DNA of 64,000 nt. Origin: Takakia lepidozioides. Its lineage: Eukaryota; Plantae; Bryophyta. The DNA is taken from assembly GCA_030704615.1 (NCBI GenBank), contig CM060733.1, positions 65,658,001 to 65,722,000 of the forward strand, written 5' to 3'. Position 1 is the first letter of the stretch; each line of letters opens with the position of its first letter. Under the pieces are notes generated by a model that saw only the letters and a list, made by a program, of their open reading frames with translations, did no database searches and was not told the DNA's origin. The position numbers were made by a program, and so were the translations under genes. Below, one piece after another: positions 61,328 through 64,000 of this stretch.

Positions 61328-64000
61328 CATGTGAAGATGCTTCGTGAGGTAGGCAGACTGAAAGAGGCTCTACAGACTTTAAACCAAGCAACATCTCAGC
61401 AGATTCAGGTATGTATGTGGTACGATGCTTTGGATGAGCGAATGATGCACGAAGGGGTGAAGCCGAACCACATCACGATTGTTTGTGTTTGCAATGCGTG
61501 TGCAAGCCTGGGAGCCCTGGAGAAGGGGAAAAAGAGGTCCATGGTGACATCTTCAAAGCTAGAAGTGTACCAGATGTCCATGGCGACATCGTCAGAGCTG
61601 GAATTGTACCAAATGCCATTCTAAACATTGCCCCAGTGGACATGTATGCAAAATGTGGGTGCATTGAGGATGCAAAGGGAGTGTTCGACACTATGGCTGA
61701 ACGCGATGTGGTGTCGTGGGGTGCGATGCTTGCAGGGTATGCACAACAAGGACGTGGGAAGGAGGCTTTGGAGACCTATGAGATGTGGTGTCGTGGAGTG
61801 CGATGCTTGCAGGGTATGCACAATAGAGACGTGGGATGAAGGCTTTGGAGACCTATAAGAGGTCCATGGCGACATCTCAGAGCTGGAATTGTACCAGATG
61901 TCATTCCGAACAATACCCTAGTGGACATGTTTGCAAAATGTGGGTGCATCTAGGATGCAAAGGGAATGTTCAACACTATGGCTGAACATGATGTGGCGTC
62001 GTGCAAGCCTGGTAGCCCTAGAGAAGGGCAAAGAGGTGCATAGGGATATCGTCAAAGCTGGAATTGTACCAAATGTCATTCTAAACACTGCCCTGGCAGC
62101 TCTGGAAAAGGGGAAAGAGGTCCATGGCGACATCTTCAGAGCTGGAATTGTACCAACTGTCATTTTGAACAATACCCTGGTGGACATGTTTGCAAAATGT
62201 GGGTGCATCTAGGATGCAAAGGGAGTTTCGACACTATGGCTGAACGAGATGTGGTGTCGTGGAGTGCGATGCTTGCAGGGTATGCACAACAGGGACGTGG
62301 GATGGAGGCTTTGGAGACCTATGAGCAAATGATGGGGGAAGCACATCATGTTGGTGTGCATTTGCAATGCTTGTGCAAGCCTGGCAGCCCTGGAGAAGGA
62401 CAAAGAGGTGCATGGGGATACAAAGCTGGAATGGTACCAAATGTCATTCTAAACACTGCCCTGGCAGCTCTGGAAAAGGGGGAAGAGGTCCATGGCGACA
62501 TCTTCAGAGCTGGAATTGTACCAGATGTCATTCCGAGCAATACCCTAGTGGACATGTTTGCAAAATGTGGGTGCATCTAGGATGCAAAGGGAATGTTCAA
62601 CACTATGGCTGAACAGGATGTGGCGTCGTGCAAGCCTGGCAATCCTAGAGAAGGGCAAAGAGGTGCATGGGGATATCGTCAAAGCTAGAATTGTACAAAA
62701 TGTCATTCTAAACACTACCCTGGCAGCTCTGGAAAAGGGGAAAGAGGTCTATGGCGACATCTTCAGAGCTGGAATTGTACCAAATGTCATTCTGAACAAT
62801 ACCCTGGTGGACATGTTTGCAAAATGTGGGTGCATCTAGGATGCAAAGGGAGTGTTCGACACTATGGCTGAACGAGATGTGGTGTCGTGGAGTGTGATTC
62901 TTGCAGGGTATGCACAGCAGGGACGTGGGATGGAGGCTCTAGAGACCTATGAGCGAATGATGGGGGAAGCACATCATGTTTGTGTGCATTTGCAATGCTT
63001 GTTTAAGCCTAACAGCCCTGGAGAAGGGCAAAGAGGTGCATGGGGATATCGTCAATGCTGGAATTGTACCAAATGTCATTCTAAACATTGCCCTGGCAGC
63101 TCTGGAAAAGGGAAAAGAGGTGCATGGCAACATCTTCAGAGCTGGAATTGTACCAGATGTCATTCTGAACAATACCCTGGTGGACATGTTTGCAAAATGT
63201 GGGTGCATTCTAGGATGCAAAGGGAGTGTTCAACACTATGGCTGAACAGGATGTGGCGTTGTGCAAGCCTGGTAGCCCTAGAGAAGGGCAAAGAGGCGCA
63301 TGGGGATATGGTCAAAGCTGGAATTGTACCAAATGTCATTCTAAACACTGCCCTGGCAGCTCTGGAAAAGGGGAAAGAGGTGCATGGCAACATCTTCAAA
63401 GCTGGAATTGTACCAGATGTCATTCTGAACAATACCCTCGTGGACATGTTTGCAAAATGTGGGTGCATCTAGGATGCAAAGGGAGTGTTCAACACTATGG
63501 CTGAACAGGATGTGGCGTTGTGCAAGTCTGACAGCCCTAGAGAAAGGCAAAGAGGTGCATGGGGATATGGTCAAAGCTGGAATTGTACCAAATGTCATTC
63601 TAAACACTGCCCTGGCAGCTCTGGAAAAGGGGAAAGAGGTGCATGGCGACATCTTCAGAGCTGGAATTGTACCAGATGTCATTCCGAACAATACCCTAGT
63701 GGACATGTTTGCAAAATGTGGGTGCATCTAGGATGCAAAGGGAGTGTTCAACACTATGGCTGAACAGGATGTGGCGTTGTGCAAGCCTGACAGCCCTAGA
63801 AAAAGGCAAAGAGGTGCATGGGGATATGGTCAAAGTTGGAATTGTACCAAATGTCATTCTAAACACTGCCTTGGGAAAAGAGGTCCATGGCGACATCTTC
63901 AGAGCTGGAATTGTACCAAATGTCATTCTGAACAATACCCTGGTGGACATGTTTGCAAAATGTGGGTGCATCTAGGATGCAAAGGGAGTGTTCAACACTA
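61328..64000 (+). repeat. PPR-derived tandem array (259-bp and ~370-bp units), running off the window
   Basis: TGCATCTAGGATGCAAAGGG (or a close variant) recurs with its TAG ending at 61953, 62212, 62580, 62839, 63213, 63472, 63731 and 63975. Confidence 0.93.

Larger units (their letters stand above)
55329..61330 (-). pseudogene. Sola1-like / DUF7869-type transposase, 5'-truncated, interrupted by the Pack-CACTA
   Basis: LYLQMDNSAKDNKN...FLMVGHTHEDINGFFS (60596-61330). Removing 55850-60452 and one CAT restores LLEGFWPETRW...QTKDDMAEEDEIPEPYCGPR in frame. Confidence 0.7.

Noticed and set aside
61900-64000. Functional PPR gene rescued by U-to-C editing of the TAG stops
   Set aside because: Such editing is organellar, related copies have GAG/AAG rather than CAG at this codon, and the units also shift frame.

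Overview
Repeat-rich nuclear DNA from a plant, probably a non-seed land plant (inferred from the TE and PPR content). Only two host genes look intact, and they lie head-to-head: a C2orf69/UPF0565 homolog (8897-11485, -) and a GLTSCR1-domain BRIP-like SWI/SNF subunit (12268-14030, +). The rest is nested mobile DNA: a tRNA-derived SINE, a hAT MITE, a Ty3/gypsy element whose integrase ends in a PHD finger, a non-chromovirus Ty3/gypsy element with extra ORFs before gag and after pol, two LINE remnants, a Sola1/DUF7869-like transposase interrupted by a complete 4.6-kb Pack-CACTA carrying an intron-containing MSH3 fragment, an EF-Tu gene fragment, and many PLS-class PPR fragments that become a higher-order satellite at the right end. 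The most interesting object is a ~10.5-kb Mutator-like element (34168-44625) with long TIRs, a MULE+SWIM transposase resembling the domesticated At4g13970/At1g60560 family, and a convergent second gene of unknown function with a zinc finger. The motif (C/T)AGACC has accumulated across this element in several unrelated tandem arrays, an architecture that recalls the VANDAL/VANC sequence-specific anti-silencing system. All family assignments come from motif recognition by eye; no searches were run.
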